Source of the DNA: Candidatus Pacearchaeota archaeon
GTDB taxonomy: Archaea > Nanobdellota > Nanobdellia > Pacearchaeales > GW2011-AR1
Assembly (NCBI GenBank): GCA_018303995.1
Contig: JAGVXB010000012.1
Location: 1 to 63,833, forward strand
Reading direction: 5' to 3'
DNA: 63,833 nucleotides
The notes below the pieces were generated by a model, which worked only from the letters and a program-made list of their open reading frames with translations, made no database searches and was not told the DNA's origin. Positions 7,817 to 16,985 of this stretch are shown here, one piece after another. Made by a program: the position numbers and the translations under genes. Positions within the stretch are counted from its first letter, which is position 1; every line of letters starts with the position of its first letter.

Positions 7817-8866
7817 ATGGTTAATTTTGGAATTGTAGGCTGTGGCAGAATCTCAGGGAAACATATAGCATCTCTTAAGCAAATTCCAAACGCTAAAATT
7901 GTTGCCGTATGCGATATTAATCAAGAAAGGTGTATGAAAGCTGCTAATGAATGTATGTGTAAATCTTATTCTACTTATGAAGAAATGCTTCAAGACAAAG
8001 ATGTTGAAGTAGTGAATATTCTTACCCCTTCAGGGCTTCATCCCACTATGGCCATTCAGGCAGCGAAAGCAGGCAAACACGTCGTCTGTGAGAAACCCAT
8101 TGCTCTTACTATAAAGGATGCAAATCATATGGTTCTAGAATGTGAAAAAGCAGGTGTGCTATTTTTTACAGTTAAGCAAAACAGGTACAACCCCCCAATA
8201 ATTCATCTTAAAAAAGCAATAGATGAGGGAAGATTTGGTAGACTATTTTTAGCAAATGTAACTGTAAGATGGAGCAGAGACAAAAATTATTACAAACAAG
8301 ATGCATGGAGAGGGACTATCAAGTATGATGGAGGGGTTCTTCTTAATCAGACTTCTCATCATATAGATATGCTTCAATGGATGCTAGGAGATGTTATTTC
8401 TGTAATTTGCAAAAAAGCGAATTTCTTCCACGATATAGAAGTTGAGGATAGTGCCGTGGCAATTTTAAAGTTTAGAAATGGGGCATATGCTACTTTTGAG
8501 GGGACAACTTGCACTTTTCCAAGAGATATGGAAGGTTCAATTTCCATTCTTGGAGAAAAAGGTTCTGCAAAAGTAGGAGGATTTGCAATGAATAAAATGG
8601 AGCATTGGCAATTTACAGAGCCTAAAGAAGAAGACCAAGATATAATCCATACTATCACTAATCCTCCCAATGTTTATGGGTTTGGGCATTTACCTTTGCT
8701 TAAAAGTGTTGTAGAAACAATAACTTCAAGGAATGTTCAAAGAATAGATGGAGATGAAGGTCTGAAAACTCTAAAAATAATAATTGCAATGTTAAAATCT
8801 GCAAAGGAAAATAGAGAGGTTTTCCTAAAAGAGCTCAACAATGAAGACGAGGTTTACTATTATTAA
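7817..8866 (+). CDS. Gfo/Idh/MocA-family NAD-dependent sugar oxidoreductase (WbpB/WlbA-like)
   Basis: N-terminal Rossmann motif GIVGCGRISGKH, the EKP motif (VVCEKPIA), and context with a DegT aminotransferase and an acetyltransferase. Confidence 0.75.
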   Translation: MVNFGIVGCGRISGKHIASLKQIPNAKIVAVCDINQERCMKAANECMCKSYSTYEEMLQDKDVEVVNILTPSGLHPTMAIQAAKAGKHVVCEKPIALTIKDANHMVLECEKAGVLFFTVKQNRYNPPIIHLKKAIDEGRFGRLFLANVTVRWSRDKNYYKQDAWRGTIKYDGGVLLNQTSHHIDMLQWMLGDVISVICKKANFFHDIEVEDSAVAILKFRNGAYATFEGTTCTFPRDMEGSISILGEKGSAKVGGFAMNKMEHWQFTEPKEEDQDIIHTITNPPNVYGFGHLPLLKSVVETITSRNVQRIDGDEGLKTLKIIIAMLKSAKENREVFLKELNNEDEVYYY

Positions 8867-9540
8867 TGGTAAGAATAGGCTTTTCAGACAAAAACGATGT
8901 AATTAAATCGGCTGCAGAAGAATTGAAAAAAAATACAAAACATTCAGCCATTATTTATATAAGTCTTTTAGAAGCTCTCGATGCATTAAAAAATAAAAAA
9001 ATTGACTGCTTAGTTGGAGGACACGATATTTCAACAGGAGATTTCCTCAAAGAAATTTTTAAAATAATTAGACCAAAAGGAAGAGTTTACTCATATAGTG
9101 TTTTGACAAAAAACAACAAATCTTATTATTTTGCGGATACTGCAGTAAATATCGCTCCAACGCAAGACCAGTTGTGTGAATTAGAAGAAGTGCTCATGAG
9201 AGAATTAAAACCATATACTGACTATTTTGAGCTTGCAAGAATATCTTATAAAACAGATAATACTACAATGCAGATAGATGCAGCACTAGACCCCATTATA
9301 GCTACAAAAAAAGGAATTGTAGATTCAAAAGAAAGAAATGTATTTATATTTCCAGACATAAACTCTGCAAATATATCTTACAAGCTAATGCAAAAGTTAG
9401 GAGACCATTCCCATATAGGACCCATACTTTTAAATGTAGGATATCCTATCTCAGATTTGTCAAGAAGTGCAGATTCAAAAGAAATTTATAACACTGCCAA
9501 ATATCTAGCTGATTTGACTGCAAAGAGATTAGAAAAATAA
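8866..9540 (+). CDS. compact phosphate acetyl/butyryl-transferase (PTA_PTB) family protein
   Basis: FADTAVNIAPT, QIDAALDP, IFPDINSANISYKLMQKLG..IGPILLN...PISDLSRSA are Pta-type motifs. At only 224 aa it is short for the family. Confidence 0.6.
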   Translation: MVRIGFSDKNDVIKSAAEELKKNTKHSAIIYISLLEALDALKNKKIDCLVGGHDISTGDFLKEIFKIIRPKGRVYSYSVLTKNNKSYYFADTAVNIAPTQDQLCELEEVLMRELKPYTDYFELARISYKTDNTTMQIDAALDPIIATKKGIVDSKERNVFIFPDINSANISYKLMQKLGDHSHIGPILLNVGYPISDLSRSADSKEIYNTAKYLADLTAKRLEK

Positions 9541-9597
9541 AATAACAACTTAAAATACATAAAATATCTTTATAAACCTCATTGGTCAGTCTTTTTC

Positions 9598-10128
9598 ATG
9601 ATTCACCCAACAGCAATCTTAGAAGGGAATAACTCTTTAGACAAAGACATAGAAATTGGCCCCTTTTGCACAATTAATAATATCCAACTTGGAAAAGATT
9701 CCAAACTATTCAAATATGTTAATGCCTACGGTTGCGAAATAGGGAGCGGAGTAAAAGTAGGGGCATTTAGCGAAATCCAGTCAGAAGTTAAAATAGGAAA
9801 CAATACCACAATATGCTCTCATTCTTTTATTTGCTCTCTTGTTACTATTGAAGACAATGTTTTTATAGGCCATGGAGTGAAAACTATTAATGATATTCAC
9901 CCACCTTCAAAAAAAAGGACAGGCAAGACAGATGAATGGAGGCCTACCATTATAATGGAAGGAGCAACCATAGGAAGCAATGCAACTTTATTTCCAGTAA
10001 CTATTGGTAGACATGCTATTGTCGGTGCAGGCGCAGTTGTTACAAAAGATATTCCAGACCATGCAGTAGTTATAGGAAATCCAGCAAGAATAATAAAATA
10101 TAATAATCAAATAGAAAACTCAAAATGA
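9598..10128 (+). CDS. hexapeptide-repeat (left-handed beta-helix) sugar N-acetyltransferase (WbpD/WlbB-like)
   Basis: Repeated [LIV]-G-x-x-x-x hexads (IGSGVKVGAFSEI, IGHGVKT, IGSNATL, VGAGAVV). Confidence 0.75.
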   Translation: MIHPTAILEGNNSLDKDIEIGPFCTINNIQLGKDSKLFKYVNAYGCEIGSGVKVGAFSEIQSEVKIGNNTTICSHSFICSLVTIEDNVFIGHGVKTINDIHPPSKKRTGKTDEWRPTIIMEGATIGSNATLFPVTIGRHAIVGAGAVVTKDIPDHAVVIGNPARIIKYNNQIENSK

Positions 10129-11234
10129 AAACAATTCCGTTAATTGATCTAAAAAAACAATACTATCTATTAAAAGAAGAGATAGATGGGGCTATTTCAA
10201 AGACTCTGGAAAATTCAGCATTTATTAAAGTAAAAGAGATAGATGACTTTGAAAAAAACTTTTCAGAATATTGTGGAAAAGATTTCTGTGCAGCAGTAGA
10301 TAACGGTACTGCCGCGTTATATATTGCTTTAAAGTGTATGGGTATAAAGGAAGGAGATGAAGTTATTATTCCAGTAAACACTTTCATTGCCACAGCAGAG
10401 GCAGTTAGAATGAGTGGGGCTATCCCCATTATGGTTGATGTCAATAATTTACATTTAATTAATCCAGAACATATAGAAAAGAAGATTACCTCAAAAACAA
10501 AAGCGATTATTCCAGTACATCTCTATGGAAATGTTTGTGACATGGATTCTATAATTAAAATAGCTCAGAAACATAATCTTTTAATTGTGGAAGATTGTGC
10601 TCAGGCGCATGGCTCCAAACTCCATGAGAAGAAAGTTCCTATAAGTAATATTGGCTGTTTTAGCTTCTTTCCTGGAAAAAGCTTGGGTGCTTATGGAGAT
10701 GCAGGAGGAATTGTTTCAAATGATGAAGAGTTCATAAAAAAATGTAAAAAATTTTCAGATCATGGTCGTCTTGATAAATATGTCCATGATGAAGAGGGGT
10801 TTAATTTTAGAATGGATGGTCTTCAGGCAGCAATACTCAACGTAAAGTTAAAACATCTTAACAACGCTTTAAAGAGAAAAAGAGATATAGCCGAGATTTA
10901 TAATAAAAACCTTCAAGATGTTGTCGAGATCCCTCTTGTATTAGAAGGTGTTTTTCATACATATCATCTTTTTGTGATAATGACTCAACCGGAAAAAAGA
11001 GATGAACTAAAAGAATTTCTAGAAAATAATGGGATAAAAACGGGAGTCCATTATCCTCTTTCTTTGCATTTGCAACCAGCTTTAAAATATTTAGGTTATA
11101 ATGAAGGAGAATTTCCAGATAGTGAGAGAATATCAAAAAGAATATTAAGCCTCCCAATGTACCCAGAGCTTTCAAACGAAGAGGTTGTTTTTATAACGGA
11201 TAAAATAAAAGAATTCTTTAAAGAATCACATTAA
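10125..11234 (+). CDS. DegT/DnrJ/EryC1/StrS-family PLP-dependent sugar aminotransferase (WbpE-like)
   Basis: Family-typical blocks: NGTAALYIAL, IIPVHLYGN, EDCAQAHGS, SFFPGKSLGAYGDAGG. Confidence 0.85.
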   Translation: MKTIPLIDLKKQYYLLKEEIDGAISKTLENSAFIKVKEIDDFEKNFSEYCGKDFCAAVDNGTAALYIALKCMGIKEGDEVIIPVNTFIATAEAVRMSGAIPIMVDVNNLHLINPEHIEKKITSKTKAIIPVHLYGNVCDMDSIIKIAQKHNLLIVEDCAQAHGSKLHEKKVPISNIGCFSFFPGKSLGAYGDAGGIVSNDEEFIKKCKKFSDHGRLDKYVHDEEGFNFRMDGLQAAILNVKLKHLNNALKRKRDIAEIYNKNLQDVVEIPLVLEGVFHTYHLFVIMTQPEKRDELKEFLENNGIKTGVHYPLSLHLQPALKYLGYNEGEFPDSERISKRILSLPMYPELSNEEVVFITDKIKEFFKESH

Positions 11235-12329
11235 ATGAGATTTTAGATAATTTTTTTTAAGTGCTTTATATGAAAACGTTCTTTCTGCGAACTTTCTTGC
11301 TTTATTTCTTAATTGTATTTTCTGAGCTTTATTGAGATTAAAGAATTCTTTTACCTTTTTGTCCACCTTATTAACATCATAAGGCATTTGGAATATCGAT
11401 TTATCATTATGTAAGTCAAAGCAATCAGGAATAATTACAGGTACTCCACAAGAAAGCATCTCCATTGCGGTTATTCCCATTCCACCACCATGTCTAGTCA
11501 TATAAAATCCCAAATCTGACGCATTGTAATAGTGAAATAGCTCTTGCGAACTAAGTTTTTCCATATAGGTTACATTTTTTACATTTTTATCGAAGTTTTT
11601 GTCCATCATCCTACCTATAAGAATAAATTGGATATCTGGGTTTTTAACAATCAGTTTACCAAGGATATCTGAACACTTTAAGTAACTCAATCTTCCGGCA
11701 AAGATAATTATTTTTTCATCTATTGGAAAACCAATTCTTTTTCTAGCAACACTCTTACTTTCTACTTTAAATAGGTCTGAGTTAACTGGAGCATAAAGAA
11801 GATAAAATTTTTTCTTATTTTGCATAAAATATTTAAGGGCTTTTCTATAATTTAATCTATCATTTATAAAAACTCTATCTGACATCCAAATAATAGGGAA
11901 TAAACTTGCTAATATTAATATCTCTTTTAGAGCATCCTTAAAAGTCTCGGCAAGCCTATATTGGTTAAAAACATCTACAAGAATGTTCAAAGCGAATTTA
12001 GTTTTTAAGAATACTGTTGCAAAAATCAATAATGGAGCACTTATATGAAATCCAAGATTTACAAGCATTTCAATTTCTCTTTCTTTACAAAATTTTCTTA
12101 TTTCAATAGGGAGAGTTAATAGATTGTAGTTCATAGTCACTATCTTTGTCCTATTTAATTTGTATAGTTGTTGATACTTTTCTTTTTCTTTTCCATAGAA
12201 CTTATTCGTAGTTATAAGATAGATCTCTACATTTTTTGGAAAGATCTCTTCATAAAAAATCATCCTATTTTGTCTGTTGAATGCAAATCCTACAGTAAAA
12301 AAGGCAATTCTCTTAATTGTTTTTTCCAT
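11226..12329 (-). CDS. GT-B fold glycosyltransferase (GT4/GT1-like)
   Basis: C-terminal GGGMGITAMEMLSCGVPVIIPD block. Confidence 0.5.
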   Translation of the reverse strand: MEKTIKRIAFFTVGFAFNRQNRMIFYEEIFPKNVEIYLITTNKFYGKEKEKYQQLYKLNRTKIVTMNYNLLTLPIEIRKFCKEREIEMLVNLGFHISAPLLIFATVFLKTKFALNILVDVFNQYRLAETFKDALKEILILASLFPIIWMSDRVFINDRLNYRKALKYFMQNKKKFYLLYAPVNSDLFKVESKSVARKRIGFPIDEKIIIFAGRLSYLKCSDILGKLIVKNPDIQFILIGRMMDKNFDKNVKNVTYMEKLSSQELFHYYNASDLGFYMTRHGGGMGITAMEMLSCGVPVIIPDCFDLHNDKSIFQMPYDVNKVDKKVKEFFNLNKAQKIQLRNKARKFAERTFSYKALKKNYLKSHLM

Positions 12330-12423
12330 ATTGCTAACTACCTGCTTCTTCTTATAAGTATTACTATATTGGCTTTGGTATTCATATAATTAGATTTTTA
12401 TATGAGCATTATTCTAACTTTAA

Positions 12424-13569
12424 ATGAGAATTAATCAAAGACTTTTAGAATATAGAATTAGGTATCCCTTTCTTTTCATAGATTATCTTTCTTGGCTTAT
12501 TTTTGATTTTTCAAAGTTTAAATTAATTAGAAAGGAAAAGATAAAAAAAGTCTTGATAATACATACAGGAGCAATAGGAGAATTAATAACAATAACTCCC
12601 ATTATCAAAGAATTAAGAAAACAGCTTAATTGTAGCGTTGATTGTCTAATAAAAGAAAATATGTATGACTTACTTAAGAGTAATCCAAATATCAACAATA
12701 TTTTATTTTATTCTGATGATTTTAACGAATTGTTAAGTAAAATTAAAGATAAAGATTATGATTTGGCTGTAATATTTCAAGCATCTTTTAAAAATGCACT
12801 TTTATGTTTTAAGGCAGGCATTAGATACCGTATCGGAGGATTTAGTAGAATAAAAAGATTCCCAACATTTTTTTATACAAGAAGAACTTTTCCAGTGGTT
12901 TTGATGCATTCTCTAGAATATAGTTTCAAAATTGTCGAAAAAGTAGGGATAAAAAAACCACATTTTCTTAAAACAGAAGTTTTTATAGGTATAAAAAATG
13001 AAGAAAAGATTAAAGAGCTACTAAGAAATTTAAAAGTTACAAGTTATGCATTGATACATCCTGGTTTTGGACCTGCTAGAAAAAAGAGCCCTCCAAGATT
13101 CTGGCAAAATGAAAATTATTCCAAAATAGCAGATTATCTCTTTGAAAAATATAATTTAAAAATTATATTTACGGGTCTCGAAGACCAAAAAAGTATAATT
13201 GAAAAAATAATTTCAAACTGCAATTATAAAAGAAATATGATAAATCTAGCTGGAGAAACAAATTTGCAGGAATTCTGCGCATTAGTAAAAAATGCCAAAT
13301 TTGTTCTTGCTCCAGATACAGGAGCTAGTCATATAGCTGCTTCTTTTGGAGTGTATTTAGTTAACTTGATGGATGCTCCAATAGAAGAATGGAAACCTAT
13401 TGGTATAAAGGACAAAATTATCAATATTCACCATCCAAGAGAGATTAAGTTGTTTGAAAAAGGTAAATTATTCAAAAAAACCGGAGGAATCATAAGCATT
13501 AGCATAGAAGAAATAAAAAAAGCAATTAACATTCTATTAGCCAAAAAGACATTCAATACTTTAGCTTAA
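12424..13569 (+). CDS. glycosyltransferase family 9 (heptosyltransferase-like)
   Basis: LIHPGFGPARKKSPPRFWQNENY and LAPDTGASHIAASFG match GT9 signature blocks. Confidence 0.65.
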   Translation: MRINQRLLEYRIRYPFLFIDYLSWLIFDFSKFKLIRKEKIKKVLIIHTGAIGELITITPIIKELRKQLNCSVDCLIKENMYDLLKSNPNINNILFYSDDFNELLSKIKDKDYDLAVIFQASFKNALLCFKAGIRYRIGGFSRIKRFPTFFYTRRTFPVVLMHSLEYSFKIVEKVGIKKPHFLKTEVFIGIKNEEKIKELLRNLKVTSYALIHPGFGPARKKSPPRFWQNENYSKIADYLFEKYNLKIIFTGLEDQKSIIEKIISNCNYKRNMINLAGETNLQEFCALVKNAKFVLAPDTGASHIAASFGVYLVNLMDAPIEEWKPIGIKDKIINIHHPREIKLFEKGKLFKKTGGIISISIEEIKKAINILLAKKTFNTLA

Positions 13570-13813
13570 CTTTTCCCTTCTTGATTTTGCACTGACATGC
13601 AAGTCTATATTCTCCATCTAGTCCCATATCTGTTTCAGAATCATTTAATTCTCCCATGTTTTCCTTTCCTTCAACTACTTTAACTATACAAGTACCACAA
13701 ATCCCATTCTCACAATTAAATGGAACTCCAATTTTAGCACACGCTTCTTTAATCATAGAGTTATCATCCACATTTATTGTCTCGCCAGTATCTGCATTAA
13801 TTATTTGTGCCAT
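13553..13813 (-). CDS. plant-type [2Fe-2S] ferredoxin
   Basis: CENGICGTCIVKV...LACQ cysteine pattern. I chose the start at MAQIIN; an alternative ATG lies at 13825. Confidence 0.7.
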   Translation of the reverse strand: MAQIINADTGETINVDDNSMIKEACAKIGVPFNCENGICGTCIVKVVEGKENMGELNDSETDMGLDGEYRLACQCKIKKGKVKLKY

Positions 13814-13863
13814 CAAGAATAACATAAAGGCGCTATTAAAAATGTTACTAATATATACAATTG

Positions 13864-14571
13864 TTAATATTTCTCAGAATAAATTCTGTCCTTGCTTATT
13901 CCTTTATTTTTAAGAAGAGAGTAGACATCCTCAACCATCTCAGGGAGTCCACAGACATAGATATCTCCTTCAAAATCATTTTTAAGATATTTATTGATTA
14001 GATCTTGAACATATCCTTTATCTCCTTTATATTTGACATTTTTTGGCAGGCTGATAATTCGTTTATATTTAAAATTCTCAAATTTTTGTAATAAATCGCG
14101 AAAGAAATTGTCATATAATACTACATTTTCAGTTTTATATCCTGCAAATAGAGTTATTTTATTATTGTTTCGCTCAAGAGCATAAGGAATCATACATGTA
14201 AACGGAGCAATTCCTGTTCCAGTGGATACAAACAAGATATCTTTTTGCATAGATTTAGCAGCCAACTTAAATGCCCCCATCGGCCCAATAAATGAGATAT
14301 AATCTCCTTCCTTAATGTTAAATAAATAAGAAGTTGCCATACCTCCATCCACTTTATTTATACATAAGTCTATATTTTTATTATTTAATTTTGAAGAACA
14401 CAATGAATAAGATCTTTTTATTCTATTTCCATTGCTTGGGATTAATATGCTTATGAATTGTCCGGGAGCGAAAGAGAAATTTTTCGGAGATTCTAAGATA
14501 AAATTCCTTATGTCTTGATTTATTTCCTTAATTTGTAAGACTTTTGATTCATATTCTTCAATTTTTACCAT
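13864..14571 (-). CDS. ferredoxin-NADP reductase-like FAD/NAD(P)-binding oxidoreductase
   Basis: RSYSL (RxYS FAD motif), GPMG, and STGTGIAP (NAD(P) motif). Followed by the ferredoxin gene. Confidence 0.65.
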   Translation of the reverse strand: MVKIEEYESKVLQIKEINQDIRNFILESPKNFSFAPGQFISILIPSNGNRIKRSYSLCSSKLNNKNIDLCINKVDGGMATSYLFNIKEGDYISFIGPMGAFKLAAKSMQKDILFVSTGTGIAPFTCMIPYALERNNNKITLFAGYKTENVVLYDNFFRDLLQKFENFKYKRIISLPKNVKYKGDKGYVQDLINKYLKNDFEGDIYVCGLPEMVEDVYSLLKNKGISKDRIYSEKY

Positions 14572-14640
14572 TACAATTTCTATATTATTAAATATAATAA
14601 AAAGTATTTAAACATATTAGTGCGGAGAATTATAAGAAAT

Positions 14641-14651
14641 ATTTATAAATA
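14641..14651 (+). promoter_or_regulatory. TATA-like box (ATTTATAAATA) about 25 nt upstream of the ATG at 14671
   Basis: Sequence and spacing. Confidence 0.4.
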
Positions 14652-14670
14652 GTTAACTATAGTTAATTAA

Positions 14671-15054
14671 ATGAACAATAAAATGCTTCATCCTCAGGAA
14701 ATAGAAGTATGGTACATAATTCCATCAATAAGACGCGAGATTGCGATAGAAATGAAAAATAAAGGAATTTCTCAAAAAAAAATAGCTGAATTTCTTGGAG
14801 TAAGCGAACCCGCAATTTCACAATATTTTGCGCACAAAAGAGCAAAAGATATTTCTTTAGGATATAAAATTAAAAAAGAAGTAGTAATTTCAGTCAACGC
14901 AATAATAACTGACAACTCGGTCGTGCTCTATGAGATACAAAGGTTAATAGATCTTAACGAAACAAAAAATATTATCTGCCAGATACATCGTAAGCAATCT
15001 AATATTTACAAAAATTGCAAAATATGTTTTGAAAATGAAAAACATATATCTTGA
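14671..15054 (+). CDS. HTH (Xre-like) transcriptional regulator with C-terminal Cys motif
   Basis: GISQKKIAEFLGVSEPAISQYF helix-turn-helix. C-terminal CQIHRKQSNIYKNCKIC. Overlaps the iscS start by 20 nt. Confidence 0.55.
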   Translation: MNNKMLHPQEIEVWYIIPSIRREIAIEMKNKGISQKKIAEFLGVSEPAISQYFAHKRAKDISLGYKIKKEVVISVNAIITDNSVVLYEIQRLIDLNETKNIICQIHRKQSNIYKNCKICFENEKHIS

Positions 15055-16207
15055 TAATGCAGCAGCAACCCCTTTAAATCAAATGGTGATAAAGGAAATA
15101 ACAGAATGTTTGACAAAGATAGATGGGAATCCTAGTAGTTTTCATTCCAAAGGTCTAGAAGCAAAGGAAGCAATTGACGATGCGAGGAAAAAAGTTGCAA
15201 ACACCATTAATTGTAAACCAAACGAGATTATATTCACTTCAGGAGGAACTGAAAGTATAAATTTAGCCCTGAAAGGAATAGCTTTTGCAAATAAGTCCAA
15301 AGGGAATCATATAATAACTTCTAAAATAGAACATCATGCAGTTCTTAACACTTGTAAGTTTCTTGAAAAGAATGGATTTAATGTAACTTATTTAGATGTT
15401 GATAAATATGGGCAAGTAAATCCCCAAGACATTGAGAAAGTGATAACTGATAAGACAATTGTTATTTCTATAATGTATGCAAATAATGAAATAGGAACAA
15501 TTGAACCTATAGAAAGAATAGGAAATATCGCCCACTCTAAGAATGTTTATTTTCACAGTGACGGATGTCAGGCAGGAGGACTTCTTCCAATTAATGTTCA
15601 AAACTTAAATGTAGATTTATTTTCTCTTAATGGCAGTAAAATGTATGGGCCAAAGGGCACCGGAATATTATATGTAAAAAACGGGATTAAACTTGAACCA
15701 TTAATCCACGGCGGAGGACAAGAAAATGGACTTCGCTCTGGAACAGAGAATGTTGGAGGAATAGTCGGATTTTCTAAAGCTCTTGAACTTGCACAAAACA
15801 AATGGTTAGAAGAAAATAAAAGACTATCTAAATTATCTCATAAACTAATCGAAGGGTTATTAAAAATACCAAAATCCAGACTAAATGGACACCCTACTGA
15901 AAGACTTATAAATAATGTGAATATTTCTTTTTTAGACGTGGAAGGAGAATCTATCGTTCTTCGCTTAAATGAGATAGGAATTTATGCATCTACAAGTTCT
16001 GCATGCACTTCAAAAAGTCTTGAAACAAGCCACGTTTTGAAAGCTATTGGTCTGCCATATGAAGCCTCTCACGGAAGTATTAGATTTACGCTTGGCGATG
16101 CAACTACTGAAAAAGATATAGACTTTGTTATTAAGTCAATGCATTATATTGTCGAGTTTCTGAGAAAAATATCTCCTTTAAACTTAAGTATGGAGCATTT
16201 CAAATGA
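15035..16207 (+). CDS. iscS: cysteine desulfurase (IscS/NifS family)
   Basis: YLDNAAATP, FTSGGTESINLA, SLNGSKMYGPKGTGILY (PLP-Lys block), SSACTS (active-site Cys). The track start at 15029 is TTG; the ATG is at 15035. Confidence 0.85.
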   Translation: MKNIYLDNAAATPLNQMVIKEITECLTKIDGNPSSFHSKGLEAKEAIDDARKKVANTINCKPNEIIFTSGGTESINLALKGIAFANKSKGNHIITSKIEHHAVLNTCKFLEKNGFNVTYLDVDKYGQVNPQDIEKVITDKTIVISIMYANNEIGTIEPIERIGNIAHSKNVYFHSDGCQAGGLLPINVQNLNVDLFSLNGSKMYGPKGTGILYVKNGIKLEPLIHGGGQENGLRSGTENVGGIVGFSKALELAQNKWLEENKRLSKLSHKLIEGLLKIPKSRLNGHPTERLINNVNISFLDVEGESIVLRLNEIGIYASTSSACTSKSLETSHVLKAIGLPYEASHGSIRFTLGDATTEKDIDFVIKSMHYIVEFLRKISPLNLSMEHFK

Positions 16208-16875
16208 GAAAAATTAAAACTCATGCAGATATAAAAGCAAAAGTCGACTCACAAAAGTGGTTTTACAGCAATACTGTAAAAGATCATTTTTTCAAACCGA
16301 GAAACTTTTTAGATGGTACGAAAGCTGAGAAATATAAATATGATGGACTGGGGCTTGTCGGAAGTCCAGCATGCGGAGACATGATGAAAGTCTGGATAAA
16401 AGTAGATAAAAAGAAAGACAAAATAAAAGAAATGAAATGGGCCACATTCGGTTGTGCAAGTGCAATAGCTTCAACTTCCATGCTTTCTTTAATAGTCTCC
16501 GAAAATGGTGGAATGAAAATTGATAAGGCTTTAAAAATAAAACCTCAAGATATAACTGAAAGGCTTAAAGGCTTGCCTACAAGAAAGTTTCACTGCTCAG
16601 TACTTGGAGACAAGGCATTAAGAGGGGCTATAAACGATTATTTCAGAAAGACAAACCAAAATACTAGAATAGTTCTAGAAGGAGCAAGAGTTATAGACAA
16701 AGAGACTAACGTAACAGATAAAGATATAGAAGAAGCAGTCCTAGAAGGAGCATACACATTGCAAGAGATTCAAGAGAAACTTAAAGTTGGTGTAAGTAAT
16801 AAAAGCTGCGTTCCAGAAGTTGAGCAATTGATTAAATTTTATAATGAAAAATATTTTGGTAATCCATCTCAATAA
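16204..16875 (+). CDS. iscU: IscU/NifU-like Fe-S scaffold with C-terminal BFD-like extension
   Basis: Three scaffold cysteines (GSPACGD, GCASAIAS, FHCSVL). ATGA overlap with iscS. Confidence 0.75.
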   Translation: MRKIKTHADIKAKVDSQKWFYSNTVKDHFFKPRNFLDGTKAEKYKYDGLGLVGSPACGDMMKVWIKVDKKKDKIKEMKWATFGCASAIASTSMLSLIVSENGGMKIDKALKIKPQDITERLKGLPTRKFHCSVLGDKALRGAINDYFRKTNQNTRIVLEGARVIDKETNVTDKDIEEAVLEGAYTLQEIQEKLKVGVSNKSCVPEVEQLIKFYNEKYFGNPSQ

Positions 16876-16985
16876 ATATTTAAATCAGTTTATGTGCTTT
16901 TCGAAATGAAAATTATTCTAAAACAACAGTAAACCCCTTACTATAGAATATTTATATAAACCTTAATAAATATAAGTAAGTTATT

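Noticed and set aside
12168-12389. 73-aa plus-strand ORF at the 5' end of the GT gene 11226..12329.
   Set aside because: It is mostly antisense to the glycosyltransferase N-terminus, with a low-complexity hydrophobic translation. It is probably spurious.
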